From a virus (lineage: Duplodnaviria; Heunggongvirae; Uroviricota; Caudoviricetes): 64,000 bases of DNA. The stretch is from IMG/VR virus record IMGVR_UViG_3300035520_000451. The stretch is one strand, 5' to 3'. Shown piece by piece: positions 29,353-39,770 of this stretch (positions are counted from its first letter, which is position 1; each line of letters starts with the position of its first letter). Position numbers and translations under genes: made by a program. The notes under the pieces are model-generated. The model saw only the letters and a list, made by a program, of their open reading frames with translations. It had not been told where the DNA came from and searched no databases.

Positions 29353-30657
29353 TTAATTACCATGGGCACAGACAAAGGTATGACCACTTTGTTTAAATAC
29401 TCCGTAGAATTCTTCCCACATAGTAGTTTTAGCATCTGGAAATTTAGCATTTATACTTGCCATTAATGCCTTATTGCACATATACTCAAAATTTCCTCCA
29501 TGATTTCCGCATGGAACTGAATATATATTTATATTAGAACCTATTTTGGAAACATACAAAGATTCCACAAACCACATAATAAGTTTAATAAAACTATTAG
29601 CTTGCTCACGAGGATCCATATTTTCTGGCATATCGTGATCTAATCTGGCAGTTTTGCCAAAGAATCCAGGACAATCAACATTATCTCCTAAAAGTACTAC
29701 ATTTATGGTATCAAATAATGATTCAAAACATTCTAATTTATGCAAGATAGTAACTAGACGACGTTTAGCTTCATTATACCCATAATTTATATTTTCTTGA
29801 TACAATGCTCCACTATTTATTTTAGCACCTAGATGAATATCAGATAAATATAAATTTAAGTTCAATCCCGTAGAGGGAGAACTCTCTGTAAAATGTAAAG
29901 GCTCTAAATCTTTAGGAATTGAAATTGAAAATTCTGTATATTTTTCTATTTTCTTTTTCAGTTCTATATTTTCTTGAGCATACTTTTTAAGAAGTTTCTC
30001 CGTATTTCTAATATTGTCTTCTTCAGCTTTTCTAAGGAAACTGTTTTCCTTTTCACGAAGCTGTATTTCTCTTAGCTCCTCCTCGGATTTTTCTTCAAAC
30101 ATATGGGGAGCGAAAGGAGAGGAAGCTTTAGTAATATTAAATGCACGAAGAATTCTCTTAAAGTCTATTAGAGATAATTCTACAAAATATCTAGAAATAA
30201 CTCTTTGAGTTAAAGAATCTCCATAATATGAATACAATCTATAAATAGTATCCATTTCTTCTCTGGACAATCTTCCACACAATGGAGTTTTGTTTTTTCT
30301 AAATATTTGATACCTATAATTCTGAATATGTCCATTCTCATCTCTATCACAAGATGTCTCAGCTACTGCATCTGTTTCAATTTCACAATTAGTAATTGTC
30401 TGTGTTTGTTTAGTCACCTGACTATAAAGTGTCAAAATATCTGAAACTATTTTAGATTCTTCTTCATGTAATTCTCTAATTTTAGATATTGTTTGCACTA
30501 TTGATTTATAAGACATATCAGAATGTGCATCACAATATTGTTTTAGAGTTTTACCACTTTTCTTTACACTCTTTAAAATACCCAGATATTTCTTTAATGT
30601 TGTTTGTTTCATATATATACAAAAATAGGGTGATACCCGAAGATACCACCCTGTCAA
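29353..30657 (-). CDS. metallophosphoesterase (Mre11/SbcD-like fold) with N-terminal extension, 5' exon
   Basis: YLSDIHLG (DxH), LLGDNVD (GDxxD), CGNHGGN (GNH), VCAHGN; probable real start at MKQTTLKKYLG. Confidence 0.55.
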   Translation of the reverse strand: MTGWYLRVSPYFCIYMKQTTLKKYLGILKSVKKSGKTLKQYCDAHSDMSYKSIVQTISKIRELHEEESKIVSDILTLYSQVTKQTQTITNCEIETDAVAETSCDRDENGHIQNYRYQIFRKNKTPLCGRLSREEMDTIYRLYSYYGDSLTQRVISRYFVELSLIDFKRILRAFNITKASSPFAPHMFEEKSEEELREIQLREKENSFLRKAEEDNIRNTEKLLKKYAQENIELKKKIEKYTEFSISIPKDLEPLHFTESSPSTGLNLNLYLSDIHLGAKINSGALYQENINYGYNEAKRRLVTILHKLECFESLFDTINVVLLGDNVDCPGFFGKTARLDHDMPENMDPREQANSFIKLIMWFVESLYVSKIGSNINIYSVPCGNHGGNFEYMCNKALMASINAKFPDAKTTMWEEFYGVFKQSGHTFVCAHGN

Positions 30658-30699
30658 GCAATTATCAATTTTAAATTAAATCACTAATTTTATTTTAAA

Positions 30700-31257
30700 T
30701 TAGTCTCTTTCAATACCAAATACAATGTATGTGCCCATTTGTGAACTCTTTGAAGGAGTATAATCTACTGTAAATGCAGTAGGTTCACCGTCAACAACCT
30801 GCTTAGTATAAGTACAAACCAAATTACCCTTATACGGATTCTCTGCATTTGTATAAAGAGCTTTAGCAAGTTCCTTAGCCTTAGCCTTGGTTTCATTAGT
30901 TTCAGCGAGAACAGCACCAGTAGCTGCATCCTTAATTTGATAAACAGTCTTATAATGACGAGTACCCTTCTCATTCTTTACATCATTAATACGATAAGGA
31001 CGCTCACGAGTGTCAGCTACAGCTGACTCTACTACAATATAAAAACCAACATTAGCACAATTCTTAGACTTATTTGCAAGATAATCAAGCATAAACTGCT
31101 TCTTATCAGACTCAGTAATACCGTTTACTTGCTTCTTACGCCATAGCTTATATGCCGGAGTTGCATTACCCATAATATCAAAAGGTGCCTTTGCCAATGC
31201 CTCTTCCTTTGTTGCACCATTTACTTCAAGCTTCTTAAAATTCAAAATTTTGTCCAT
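30700..31257 (-). CDS. hypothetical protein (GC-richer codon usage, likely abundant)
   Basis: 185-aa ORF with markedly higher GC than its neighbours. Confidence 0.5.
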   Translation of the reverse strand: MDKILNFKKLEVNGATKEEALAKAPFDIMGNATPAYKLWRKKQVNGITESDKKQFMLDYLANKSKNCANVGFYIVVESAVADTRERPYRINDVKNEKGTRHYKTVYQIKDAATGAVLAETNETKAKAKELAKALYTNAENPYKGNLVCTYTKQVVDGEPTAFTVDYTPSKSSQMGTYIVFGIERD

Positions 31258-31526
31258 AATTCAATAAATATTTTTAAACATTAGTTCGTATTATCATCTC
31301 CATTCTAACTATATACAAATTTACTACTTTTTATCGAATTATCAAAAGAATAAATTGTAAAATAATCTAAAATTTCTCATTTTTATCTCTACCCCTCTAA
31401 GCAATCGGAGTACTTGCAAATATAATATTATTATCAAATACTCAAAAATAAAATCAATATTTTAATTGTTAAAAGGTGTTAATAGATTGTATCTATACGA
31501 ACTGTAAAGCCTATGTAACATAGACT

Positions 31527-31868
31527 TTAAAATGGAAGATAAGAATCCAATAACTCTTTTATTTTAGCTGGAATTTTCTTATCCTCTATTCCAAAAGTTG
31601 GAAATGAAGTGCATCCATATGCGAAATCAGAACATATTACTGCCAAACCTTTTAAAAAATCTTCTGGAACAGATCCTTTATTTATACTATATAAAGTTTT
31701 CCAATGTGTCCAATCAGGTTTCTTTTCTTTTAATTTTTCAGTAATATAACAAACTAGACTTATTAATGCAAATTTACTATTAATATCTTTTCCTAAATAT
31801 TTAAGAGAAAAATATGTATTATAAAGTCTTTGCATTGTTTCATACGGAGGTGTGGTTATTATATCCAT
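31527..31868 (-). CDS. hypothetical protein
   Basis: ORF. Confidence 0.4.
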   Translation of the reverse strand: MDIITTPPYETMQRLYNTYFSLKYLGKDINSKFALISLVCYITEKLKEKKPDWTHWKTLYSINKGSVPEDFLKGLAVICSDFAYGCTSFPTFGIEDKKIPAKIKELLDSYLPF

Positions 31869-32878
31869 ATTCCAAAATCATGATGTGTTTCGGACACTGT
31901 TTGTGCTACTAATTTTAGTAATTTTACAAATTCCGACCATCCTTCTTTATACATTTGCTTGGTCATAGGAACTACTTTAGTATAATTTTTAGGAAGAGTA
32001 GAAACTACTAAATAATTTCCTTTTATAGTAGGATTATCTAGATTATAGAATTTTTTAGCACATAAACTTAAAAGCCAACTATACATAGCAATTTCTCTAT
32101 TATAATGGAATTTAGATATATTATTTCCCATTTCAGAAACTACTTTACCAATTGTCTTTACGTCATTCACAGTAATGATATTAGATTCACAATCAATTGA
32201 ATAGTGATCTAATTTAGACTTTAATCTCAATTTAAATTTAGGGCAATTTTCTATTTCAATTTCAACATCTAATAGAATTGCTTGTTCTGTTTCAGATACT
32301 GGAGTCGTTAACAATCCTGTAGGATGAAGTAATTGTTGTATTCGCATATTCTTAGCCAATGCATCTACACAATCCTTTACAATACTTCTACTTCTAGGAT
32401 CAAAAAATAATAATTCCTTAGTACCTTTATATTGAGATTCACATTGTTGTCGATCTTTCCAATATTGTTCACATTTATCTTTTACTTTTTGTATTCCAGA
32501 CTCAGATAGTTGTCCTCCATAATAATCTATAATAGTAGCTTGTTCTAGTATATCTTGATCTGTAAGATTTCCATCTTTAAAAATCGGATATAATCTATCT
32601 GCTAATGCTCCCATTTTAGCTGTAGGTTTATCTGCATCCCAGCATACTTCAAAGAGATTTTCTTGTAATGTAAGTTCATGCACCCCACTACCTAAATCGA
32701 ATGCTGCACTATACATAGGTTTAAATCCTTCAAAGAACTTTTCAACAGAACCATCTTGTTCTGGATTTATTAATCCTAATCTAGAATTACTAATATAATT
32801 ACTATACTTTTCAGAAAAGTATTCTGCATCACTAATTTTCTCTAGTCTTAAAGTATCTAATAATGGAGTTATTTTCAT
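31859..32878 (-). CDS. hypothetical protein (possible recombination-associated nuclease)
   Basis: 339-aa ORF in the SSB/primase neighbourhood; weak D...E.K pattern only. Confidence 0.3.
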   Translation of the reverse strand: MKITPLLDTLRLEKISDAEYFSEKYSNYISNSRLGLINPEQDGSVEKFFEGFKPMYSAAFDLGSGVHELTLQENLFEVCWDADKPTAKMGALADRLYPIFKDGNLTDQDILEQATIIDYYGGQLSESGIQKVKDKCEQYWKDRQQCESQYKGTKELLFFDPRSRSIVKDCVDALAKNMRIQQLLHPTGLLTTPVSETEQAILLDVEIEIENCPKFKLRLKSKLDHYSIDCESNIITVNDVKTIGKVVSEMGNNISKFHYNREIAMYSWLLSLCAKKFYNLDNPTIKGNYLVVSTLPKNYTKVVPMTKQMYKEGWSEFVKLLKLVAQTVSETHHDFGIWI

Positions 32879-33396
32879 AGAAGTTCTTTAAAATAGGGAA
32901 ATAAAGTTTGTTTAAATAACCAATATGAATCTTCTATTTCATCAGCATCCAATGAATAAATTCTACCTATAGGCCCCCAATTTTGATTAGTAGGACTATC
33001 TAGCAATAAACATGGAATTCCTTTTGAATTTAAGTCTTTAAATACAGAAAGGCTATCATCTATATGCAGATGACAGCCCCCCATTTTAATTTTAGCATAT
33101 TTACTTAAACCATATCCATAAACCTGATAGATTGGTGCTTTAGGAAATTGTTTGTTATCCAAATACTCTCTAGTCCAACTCTTATGTATAATTCGAGCAG
33201 TAGTATATTGTCTTGGAATCCAATTTAATGTATTTAGTACTGGAAGATTCATCCAGAACTCTTTATCTTTAATTAGTATTGTTGTAACGTTTTTTGTTAT
33301 TGCGGAGTCTTTAGATGCTTTTCCGAACCTAGAGAAATAGGCACCATAAAAGTCACATAGACAGCCATCAAGATCCATAGATACTTTTAAATTCAT
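32875..33396 (-). CDS. HAD-superfamily 5'(3')-deoxyribonucleotidase-like hydrolase
   Basis: N-terminal SMDLDGCLCDF (DxDG) resembles the NT5C-family MDGVLADF motif. Confidence 0.5.
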   Translation of the reverse strand: MNLKVSMDLDGCLCDFYGAYFSRFGKASKDSAITKNVTTILIKDKEFWMNLPVLNTLNWIPRQYTTARIIHKSWTREYLDNKQFPKAPIYQVYGYGLSKYAKIKMGGCHLHIDDSLSVFKDLNSKGIPCLLLDSPTNQNWGPIGRIYSLDADEIEDSYWLFKQTLFPYFKELL

Positions 33397-33608
33397 AGTT
33401 CTTCTATATCTTTTATATCTCCTATAAGGATATTATATTTAGAATCTGCAACTTGTACAAATTCTCTATAATTATTACATTCTTCTATATCATACCTGTC
33501 TGTTAAATTTTCTATAATTTTATCTTGACAAGCAGATGTAGAGCGTGCCATTATAGTAAGAATCCATACTTCTTCAAGATCACAAATAGGAATTATATAT
33601 TTATTCAT
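33393..33608 (-). CDS. hypothetical protein
   Basis: ORF. Confidence 0.35.
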   Translation of the reverse strand: MNKYIIPICDLEEVWILTIMARSTSACQDKIIENLTDRYDIEECNNYREFVQVADSKYNILIGDIKDIEEL

Positions 33609-34144
33609 TTGTTTTTATGATAAGTCTCTAATAATTTGTAAAATAAATCAACGTCCATTACAGCTAGTGTGCCTTTACTTATAGAACCAGCTTCAGCACT
33701 TTTCTTCCATATCATTACTAATTCTCTAGGATCAGTACAGCTAGAACGAATATTAAAATAATTAGGAAAATTAGCATAGTGTTTAGCTTGAATTGCTACT
33801 TCTAATTCATTGTTAGTATCTGCAATATCCACTTTATTATTATCTAAAGCCTTACTTTCGCCTGCTGATCTACAAACTCCAGAATATCCTATAGATTTTA
33901 ATCGTTCTACGATCTCATATTCTAAATCTTTTCCTTTAGATTTAGATTTTTTAGCTCTATAATGCGCTGCAGTTTTTGGATCTAACCATTCAAATACAGT
34001 TTTATCCTTTCCTCCAGTTCCAGGTTTATTACACCGTATTTTAATAGATGCTATACTAATACCTGTTTCTAAACTAGCTTCTTCAATAGAAGAATATTCT
34101 TTACTAGTCCCACTTTTAAAAGTTGCTTTACACGATGTATTCAA
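33605..34144 (-). CDS. putative PD-(D/E)XK nuclease, Hjc-like Holliday junction resolvase with N-terminal HTH-like module
   Basis: GYSGVCRSAGES ... VDIAD ... ELEVAIQAKH resembles Hjc GxxxxRxxGS...DxxA...ExK. Confidence 0.4.
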   Translation of the reverse strand: MNTSCKATFKSGTSKEYSSIEEASLETGISIASIKIRCNKPGTGGKDKTVFEWLDPKTAAHYRAKKSKSKGKDLEYEIVERLKSIGYSGVCRSAGESKALDNNKVDIADTNNELEVAIQAKHYANFPNYFNIRSSCTDPRELVMIWKKSAEAGSISKGTLAVMDVDLFYKLLETYHKNK

Positions 34145-35151
34145 TTCTTTCTATGATTTCTTAGCCATAATACAAAACTCTTTATTAAATTTAATGTTTT
34201 ACTTCTTCCATTTTCTTTATAATAATCACTAATATCTTTTGCTCCACTTTTTCTGGGCAACCAAGTATAAATTAATTCTGGATGCTTCTTTTTTATTTTA
34301 GACATAAATGAAATTCCGGTATAATCATTATCAAATAATACTACAATATATTTAAATCTTTGTTTTAGATTTTCCAATACTGTATCTGATATAAATTGGG
34401 TTTCAGAATTAGGAGCAATAGCTGTAATGCCCATAGAATATAAGCACATACAGTCTTTCATGGATTTTGTGATTACTAATAATTTTCCTTCTTTAGGAAG
34501 TTGGTCAAATCCTTGTATTTTCTTACTGGGCCAATTTGTTATAAATCTAAAAGAAGTTCTTTTTGGAAAATAACATCTCCAAAGTTCCATACCTTGATAT
34601 TTCTTACCATAATATCCAAATATAGGACAATGTTGTTGGGATTTAGCAAAAACTTGATCATTAAGAAATATATATTTACAAGAATAAACATCAAATCTTT
34701 TTAAAATATCCAAAGTTATACCATACTTCTTCCACCATTTTAATTCTAATTCAGTGAAATCTTGTACTTCAACTTGGATTTTAGACATCTCTTTATCTTT
34801 AATTGTTACTGGATTTTCATTAATCTTTCCAGGATTCCGAGTAATAGAACTATTCTTTACAATTCCTAAATCATTTGCTATTATACGTAAAGCCTCATAG
34901 TAGGAACAACCAAACATACTTTGAACTATGCCAAATATATTTAAATGTTGTCCAGTTGCAAAATCTTTAAAAATTAATTCTCCTGATTTGTTTCTATAAA
35001 AACTACAAGTTGGTTGTTTATCTCTTCTTAAGGGAGATCTAAACAATCCATGCTTTACAGGGACTCGTAAATAATATTCCATTATTTGTTCCTCGGAAAA
35101 CCTAGAAAGTATTAATTCCTTGGTTACCTTAGTTTCAAACTGGAAATTCAT
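34141..35151 (-). CDS. DNA primase (TOPRIM domain)
   Basis: TOPRIM signatures LVITKSMKDCMCLYS (Exx) and VVLFDNDYTG (DxD). Confidence 0.6.
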   Translation of the reverse strand: MNFQFETKVTKELILSRFSEEQIMEYYLRVPVKHGLFRSPLRRDKQPTCSFYRNKSGELIFKDFATGQHLNIFGIVQSMFGCSYYEALRIIANDLGIVKNSSITRNPGKINENPVTIKDKEMSKIQVEVQDFTELELKWWKKYGITLDILKRFDVYSCKYIFLNDQVFAKSQQHCPIFGYYGKKYQGMELWRCYFPKRTSFRFITNWPSKKIQGFDQLPKEGKLLVITKSMKDCMCLYSMGITAIAPNSETQFISDTVLENLKQRFKYIVVLFDNDYTGISFMSKIKKKHPELIYTWLPRKSGAKDISDYYKENGRSKTLNLIKSFVLWLRNHRKN

Positions 35152-35225
35152 AAACTATATTATATTTTAATGCAAATTTATATAATTTCTAGCAAAAACC
35201 AAAGTTTCCAAAATTCAACTAATCA

Positions 35226-35921
35226 TTAGAGAAGGGATGAGAAATCAATGTCTTCGGAACCAGCATTATCAATCTCTAGATTTTCGGCAGGCTTAGAAGG
35301 CATTGCAGTTGGTTTTGCATTTTCATATTCTGCTTTCTTAGATTCCTCATATGCAGAAAAGAACAATTTATCCCCAATAAAATTATCACAAGTAAATTTA
35401 TTTCCTTGCTTATCAATAGCTACAAACTTAGGAAGAACTGCTTGAACTTGATTATCTTTGGTTTTACCTACAAGTTTAAGTTTAGTCTCCTTACCTTTAA
35501 CTTTATCAAGGATTGCAATAAAAGCTTTTGCAACATCATCAAAACTCTTAAAACGTACACTTGCTGCTTGCAATTTCTTCCAACCTTCTGGATTAAGAAC
35601 TTCACTTACTTGTGCAATAAAAGTCATAGTACGATCAAATGAAGATGCTCCCGGATACTCATGACCATCCTTACTAGTGTACATAGGACGTTGGTCATCT
35701 CCTTCTTTAGGGAAGAAAATAGACTCTTCATAATATCCATCTTCACCGTCAAATCTTACTTTAAGAATATTATAGGTTGCATTAGGGTCTTTCTTGCCCT
35801 GAATAACGTCAATACGAGCACCTGTAAACTTTACATTATAAATATTCCAAGGTTTAAGACGTTGTTGAACATTAGAAACTGCCTGAGTGTTTGCGAGTGA
35901 ACCAAAATTAAATTCTGCCAT
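35226..35921 (-). CDS. putative single-stranded DNA-binding protein (acidic C-terminal tail)
   Basis: Acidic tail ending GSEDIDFSSLL; high-expression-like GC-richer codon usage; replication-module context. Confidence 0.35.
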   Translation of the reverse strand: MAEFNFGSLANTQAVSNVQQRLKPWNIYNVKFTGARIDVIQGKKDPNATYNILKVRFDGEDGYYEESIFFPKEGDDQRPMYTSKDGHEYPGASSFDRTMTFIAQVSEVLNPEGWKKLQAASVRFKSFDDVAKAFIAILDKVKGKETKLKLVGKTKDNQVQAVLPKFVAIDKQGNKFTCDNFIGDKLFFSAYEESKKAEYENAKPTAMPSKPAENLEIDNAGSEDIDFSSLL

Positions 35922-35938
35922 AATTATATTACTTTTTA

Positions 35939-36499
35939 TTATAAATTAAATGAAAAATCGGATGAGTTTATGTCTTCTTCTAAATCTAAACTAGATAAAT
36001 CAACAGGAAGTTCTTCATCGAGATCCTCTATTGAAATATTTTCATCTCCTTTAGATATTTCTTCAGGTTGAGAATCTCCATGTAAAACAAATAGATTCTC
36101 TTTACTTTCATGCGTGGTAATAGTAAAAATAGAACCATACTTAGAAAGTTCATCATTTTTACTGCCCCTACATGCTACAGTGTTACTTTTAGTAAGGCGA
36201 TTGCCTCCTTTTGTTCCAAAGGCTTCATCAGTTCCTATAATAGGAACCATGTTAGAACCTCTTTTTTCATACTTAATATCAACTTTATCATCTGGAGAAA
36301 GCCCCATTAAATCAATAGCTGCACTATTAAGTTTGTACTTGTTATCCTCCAAGATTAATTGTGGATTTTCATCCTCATTATTCTTTTTGGTTTTTGGTTT
36401 GTCTATTGTACGACTGATACATTTTGTAGTCATCTCTCCAGTATCACTATTTATTGATACTTGATACTTAAGAGTCAATGTGAATTCTTCAACTATCAT
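35939..36499 (-). CDS. hypothetical acidic protein
   Basis: 186-aa ORF with acidic DF-containing C-terminus. Confidence 0.4.
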   Translation of the reverse strand: MIVEEFTLTLKYQVSINSDTGEMTTKCISRTIDKPKTKKNNEDENPQLILEDNKYKLNSAAIDLMGLSPDDKVDIKYEKRGSNMVPIIGTDEAFGTKGGNRLTKSNTVACRGSKNDELSKYGSIFTITTHESKENLFVLHGDSQPEEISKGDENISIEDLDEELPVDLSSLDLEEDINSSDFSFNL

Positions 36500-36918
36500 T
36501 ATTCTCCTTCGTTATATGCGTCTATAATCTTAATAATCTCTGCAACATCATTATCTATTAGTTGTTCTTCAAACATTCCTAGAGGAGTTTTAGCGACATG
36601 CTCACCATCTGTATTAGTAAGAAATTTATATTCCATTTTATTATCTCCTGGTATAGCCATCGCGTAGAAAACATAAGTAAACAAACCTTCTGGAGTAATC
36701 TTTTCATTAACCATTTTGCCAATTGTTTTCAAACTCCAGTGTGGGTTCATAGCATCTCCGACATTCTCACTGTGTCCTGTGAAGATAAGTTTAATATCAT
36801 CTCTAATAATATCTGCAACTCTTAAAAGATCAGTAAAGTCTCCACCAATATCAGAAAACTTAGTAAATCCAGTTTCAGACCTACGATCCATGTATTCGAA
36901 AGACATGGTATATTGCAA
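36499..36918 (-). CDS. hypothetical protein
   Basis: ORF. Confidence 0.4.
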   Translation of the reverse strand: MQYTMSFEYMDRRSETGFTKFSDIGGDFTDLLRVADIIRDDIKLIFTGHSENVGDAMNPHWSLKTIGKMVNEKITPEGLFTYVFYAMAIPGDNKMEYKFLTNTDGEHVAKTPLGMFEEQLIDNDVAEIIKIIDAYNEGE

Positions 36919-36966
36919 ATCCGTGCAACCTTATATTTTTCAATATAAGACCGACTATATCTTAAT

Positions 36967-37893
36967 TTAGATTGTATCAACAATATAATTATTACATGAA
37001 AACGATCCGTTATATTTCTTTAACCACTGATTAACAGCAGATTTAGATATACATAAATACTCAGCAACTTCTTTTTGTTCTATTAATTGAATTACTTCCT
37101 CTCCATTTTTAGTAATCTTATATTTAAATGGAGATACATACTCGGAAATATTTATTTTATCAGTTAATGCCCAAAAGAACCTTTTATATTCAGTTTTATT
37201 TTTTATGGCTTTATCCAACGCGTGGTGGCTATTTTTATTAAGGAATTGAATTACACACTTTTTACTTTCAAATTCTCTTAATAAATTTCCATATAAATCA
37301 AACTGATATATTTTAATTCCAATAGATTCTTTTTTATAAGAATCTATTTTTTCTTCTTCTGTTTTATATTTCCATATAAAACCACAAGCTGATTTAGAAT
37401 TACCATTTAATACACTATCTATATTAGTTATTGATCCGTTTAATTCAGCTGCTGCTTCAGTAATAGAATCAAAATCTTTATATTTAGTGCCATCTAAATT
37501 AAATGCTGTTATCGGTTTTTTATGGGCATTTCCTGCTCTTGTAAGAGAATCAATACTTCTTTTTTCTTTAGTTATTACACCTTTTCCTCCTTTGTCAATA
37601 TTCATTAATTTATGTCCAAGGTTTTTATAATAACTAATCCAGTATTGCTCTCTAGCTTCCCAAGCTTCTTCTGAGCATTCGTCTATTTTCTCTATAATAA
37701 CTGAGCCCCCATTTTTATATACAGAGTATATCCATTTATGAACAGGTAATCCTCTTTTTTCTGGATGGTTAGCACAGTATTTATGTTGAGAAAATCTTCT
37801 ATCTAATTTTTGAGTAGTTACTCCTACATAACGAATTTCGTCTGGCGATATGTCCGATTTAAGAACATAAAATGAATAATTATTTTGTTGCAT
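36967..37893 (-). CDS. free-standing GIY-YIG homing endonuclease (Seg-like)
   Basis: FYVLKS...IRYVGVT (GIY-YIG), RFSQH, EQYWISYY; C-terminal NUMOD/IENR-like repeats (ITAFNLDGTKYKDFDSITEAA, CGFIWKY). Confidence 0.75.
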   Translation of the reverse strand: MQQNNYSFYVLKSDISPDEIRYVGVTTQKLDRRFSQHKYCANHPEKRGLPVHKWIYSVYKNGGSVIIEKIDECSEEAWEAREQYWISYYKNLGHKLMNIDKGGKGVITKEKRSIDSLTRAGNAHKKPITAFNLDGTKYKDFDSITEAAAELNGSITNIDSVLNGNSKSACGFIWKYKTEEEKIDSYKKESIGIKIYQFDLYGNLLREFESKKCVIQFLNKNSHHALDKAIKNKTEYKRFFWALTDKINISEYVSPFKYKITKNGEEVIQLIEQKEVAEYLCISKSAVNQWLKKYNGSFSCNNYIVDTI

Positions 37894-38166
37894 ATTTTGA
37901 AATAAATTTATTATTAATAATTTACTTCAAATATACTCTAAATTTCCCGCTTTTCAAAATTAAAAAGCAAATATTTGTTTTTCAATTTTTACTCCATAAA
38001 GGATAGTCTGTGAACCTTATTCTATTTCGCCATATAGAATCTTGGCTGCTGATTGTCCAATCTTTATAATTTTTAAACATTCACGTTCATTATTACTAAT
38101 CATCGTTGTAGTTTATAAAGCTCTAAGGATGTCCCAGCAATTAACGGGATTTAAAGTCGACAATTT

Positions 38167-38439
38167 TTACTTATCGACTACGATATTCTTTATCTCCGGT
38201 CTCTTAGAGTTAACATATTTAACAATAGTAATTATATTAGAAGATTTAGAAGTTTGATACCAATTACCCTCTGGACTAGTTTTAGGATCCCATTTCTTAA
38301 AGTGCTTTTTCCAACCTCTCCAAGGAAGAGGTTTAGAAGTAGTAGAAATAATAAATGTTTCTTCCGCATTTAAATTTCTTAAACTAGAACTTTTACCTTG
38401 TCCACTTTCACCTAAAATTAATATTGTCTGCGCTGCCAT
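38167..38439 (-). CDS. small P-loop protein
   Basis: GESGQGKSS Walker A; ATG overlaps the stop codon of the helicase exon 2. Confidence 0.4.
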   Translation of the reverse strand: MAAQTILILGESGQGKSSSLRNLNAEETFIISTTSKPLPWRGWKKHFKKWDPKTSPEGNWYQTSKSSNIITIVKYVNSKRPEIKNIVVDK

Positions 38440-38753
38440 TATAATACAAAATTGTGTTTTGATTGTTTTTCTTCTGTATCTTCTTTACTATTAGCTAAAA
38501 GCCATTCGGAACTTTTATACTTTGCATAATCATAAATTTCATCTGGTTTTGGAAGTTCTGAAAATATTGAAACTGCACCATAAAAGGCACATCCTACTTC
38601 TACATCAGATTCTCCATATCTATTCTTTAAAACTGTTATACTTCTAAAATTAGCACCTAACTGTTTTATGTCATATCCTCTATAACTAGCTAATTTTTCT
38701 CTATGAGGATTAAAAATAGATATAATTATTTCCGAATCCTGGGCTGCATAATG
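38438..38753 (-). CDS. DnaB-like replicative helicase, exon 2 (not in ORF track; no Met start)
   Basis: Open frame HYAAQDSEIIISIFNP...VLKNRYGESD continues the DnaB H3/H4 region; ends at TAA overlapping the next ATG. Confidence 0.55.
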
Positions 38754-38999
38754 TTATCGTATAAGTTCTTTATCTTATACTTCTATATATTACTATATAG
38801 TTCAGACTATCTCTTTAACTTACAAATGTAAGCAGTGCCCCGCTTTCGTGGAAGATTTTATAGCTACAGCTCTACCTGTTTAGCATCACTTCTAGTCGTT
38901 AGGCGTTTTCCTTTATTTCTAAAGGATTTAGCACGGGATTGTCCTATTTAGGAGTTTCCCCGTTTAACGGAGTTTTAGGTGCGTCTAGCCCTAATTTGG
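38754..38999 (-). other. ORF-less group-I-like intron in the dnaB-like helicase gene (approximate bounds)
   Basis: About 245-nt GC-richer, hairpin-rich non-coding segment (e.g. GGTGCGTCTAGCCCTAATTTGGCGCACC) between two in-frame halves of one helicase. Confidence 0.55.
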
Positions 39000-39770
39000 C
39001 GCACCAGTATCTTTGGTATCATCAATTCTTAAGTTATTTAATCCTTCTTTTCTTCTATCCATAGAAGTAGAATTTCGATTTGCTTGCATAATTACAAGCG
39101 GACTAATTTTACATATATTTCTTAATGTTACCAAATAGGAGGATATTAAATCCATTTCTTCTTTTAGAGTACGTCCATTAGACCTTCTTACTAAACTTAA
39201 ATGGTCTATAACTACTAAATGAGTAAGTTCTTCATTACTAGGATGATATATTTTTCTACCATCTGTTTCTTCAAACTTGCCATCTTTTTCTAGTTGAGCC
39301 ATTAAGATTGTATATAAACTACTAGCATTTAATGCTTTATCATAAATAACTAAAATCTTTTCAACCTTCTGTAACCAAGGTAAACATTCTTGAGTTATTT
39401 TATAATAATCATCAGATAATTTATAATTACGTTTTCTAGAAAGAAGTTCTCCAGTAGACAACTCTATTCCATAAGTTTCAAAGATATACATACTTAATAT
39501 CTTAGCATAGATCATTTCGGCGCTCATCTCTAATGAAAAATAACTAACTTTAAAATTACCATCATCAAGATGTTCCATTAATGGTCTATATACATAAGAA
39601 TATAAAGCAAGTGAACTCTTACCACTACCAGTAGGACTAAATACTAAAGTATAAATTCCTCTAGATACTCCATCTATTATCTCTTCTAATTTTGGGAGAC
39701 CCATTGAGTATCCCCACTGCTTACCTAATCTACCTACTTCAATCTGATGAAGTAATGATTCTGCAATCAT
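38991..39770 (-). CDS. DnaB-like replicative helicase, exon 1 (RecA-like core: H1, H1a, H2)
   Basis: GLPKLEEIIDGVSRGIYTLVFSPTGSGKSS (DnaB loader-facing motif plus Walker A), Walker B VVIDHLSLV, ending DTKDTGA. Confidence 0.65.
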   Translation of the reverse strand: MIAESLLHQIEVGRLGKQWGYSMGLPKLEEIIDGVSRGIYTLVFSPTGSGKSSLALYSYVYRPLMEHLDDGNFKVSYFSLEMSAEMIYAKILSMYIFETYGIELSTGELLSRKRNYKLSDDYYKITQECLPWLQKVEKILVIYDKALNASSLYTILMAQLEKDGKFEETDGRKIYHPSNEELTHLVVIDHLSLVRRSNGRTLKEEMDLISSYLVTLRNICKISPLVIMQANRNSTSMDRRKEGLNNLRIDDTKDTGAPN

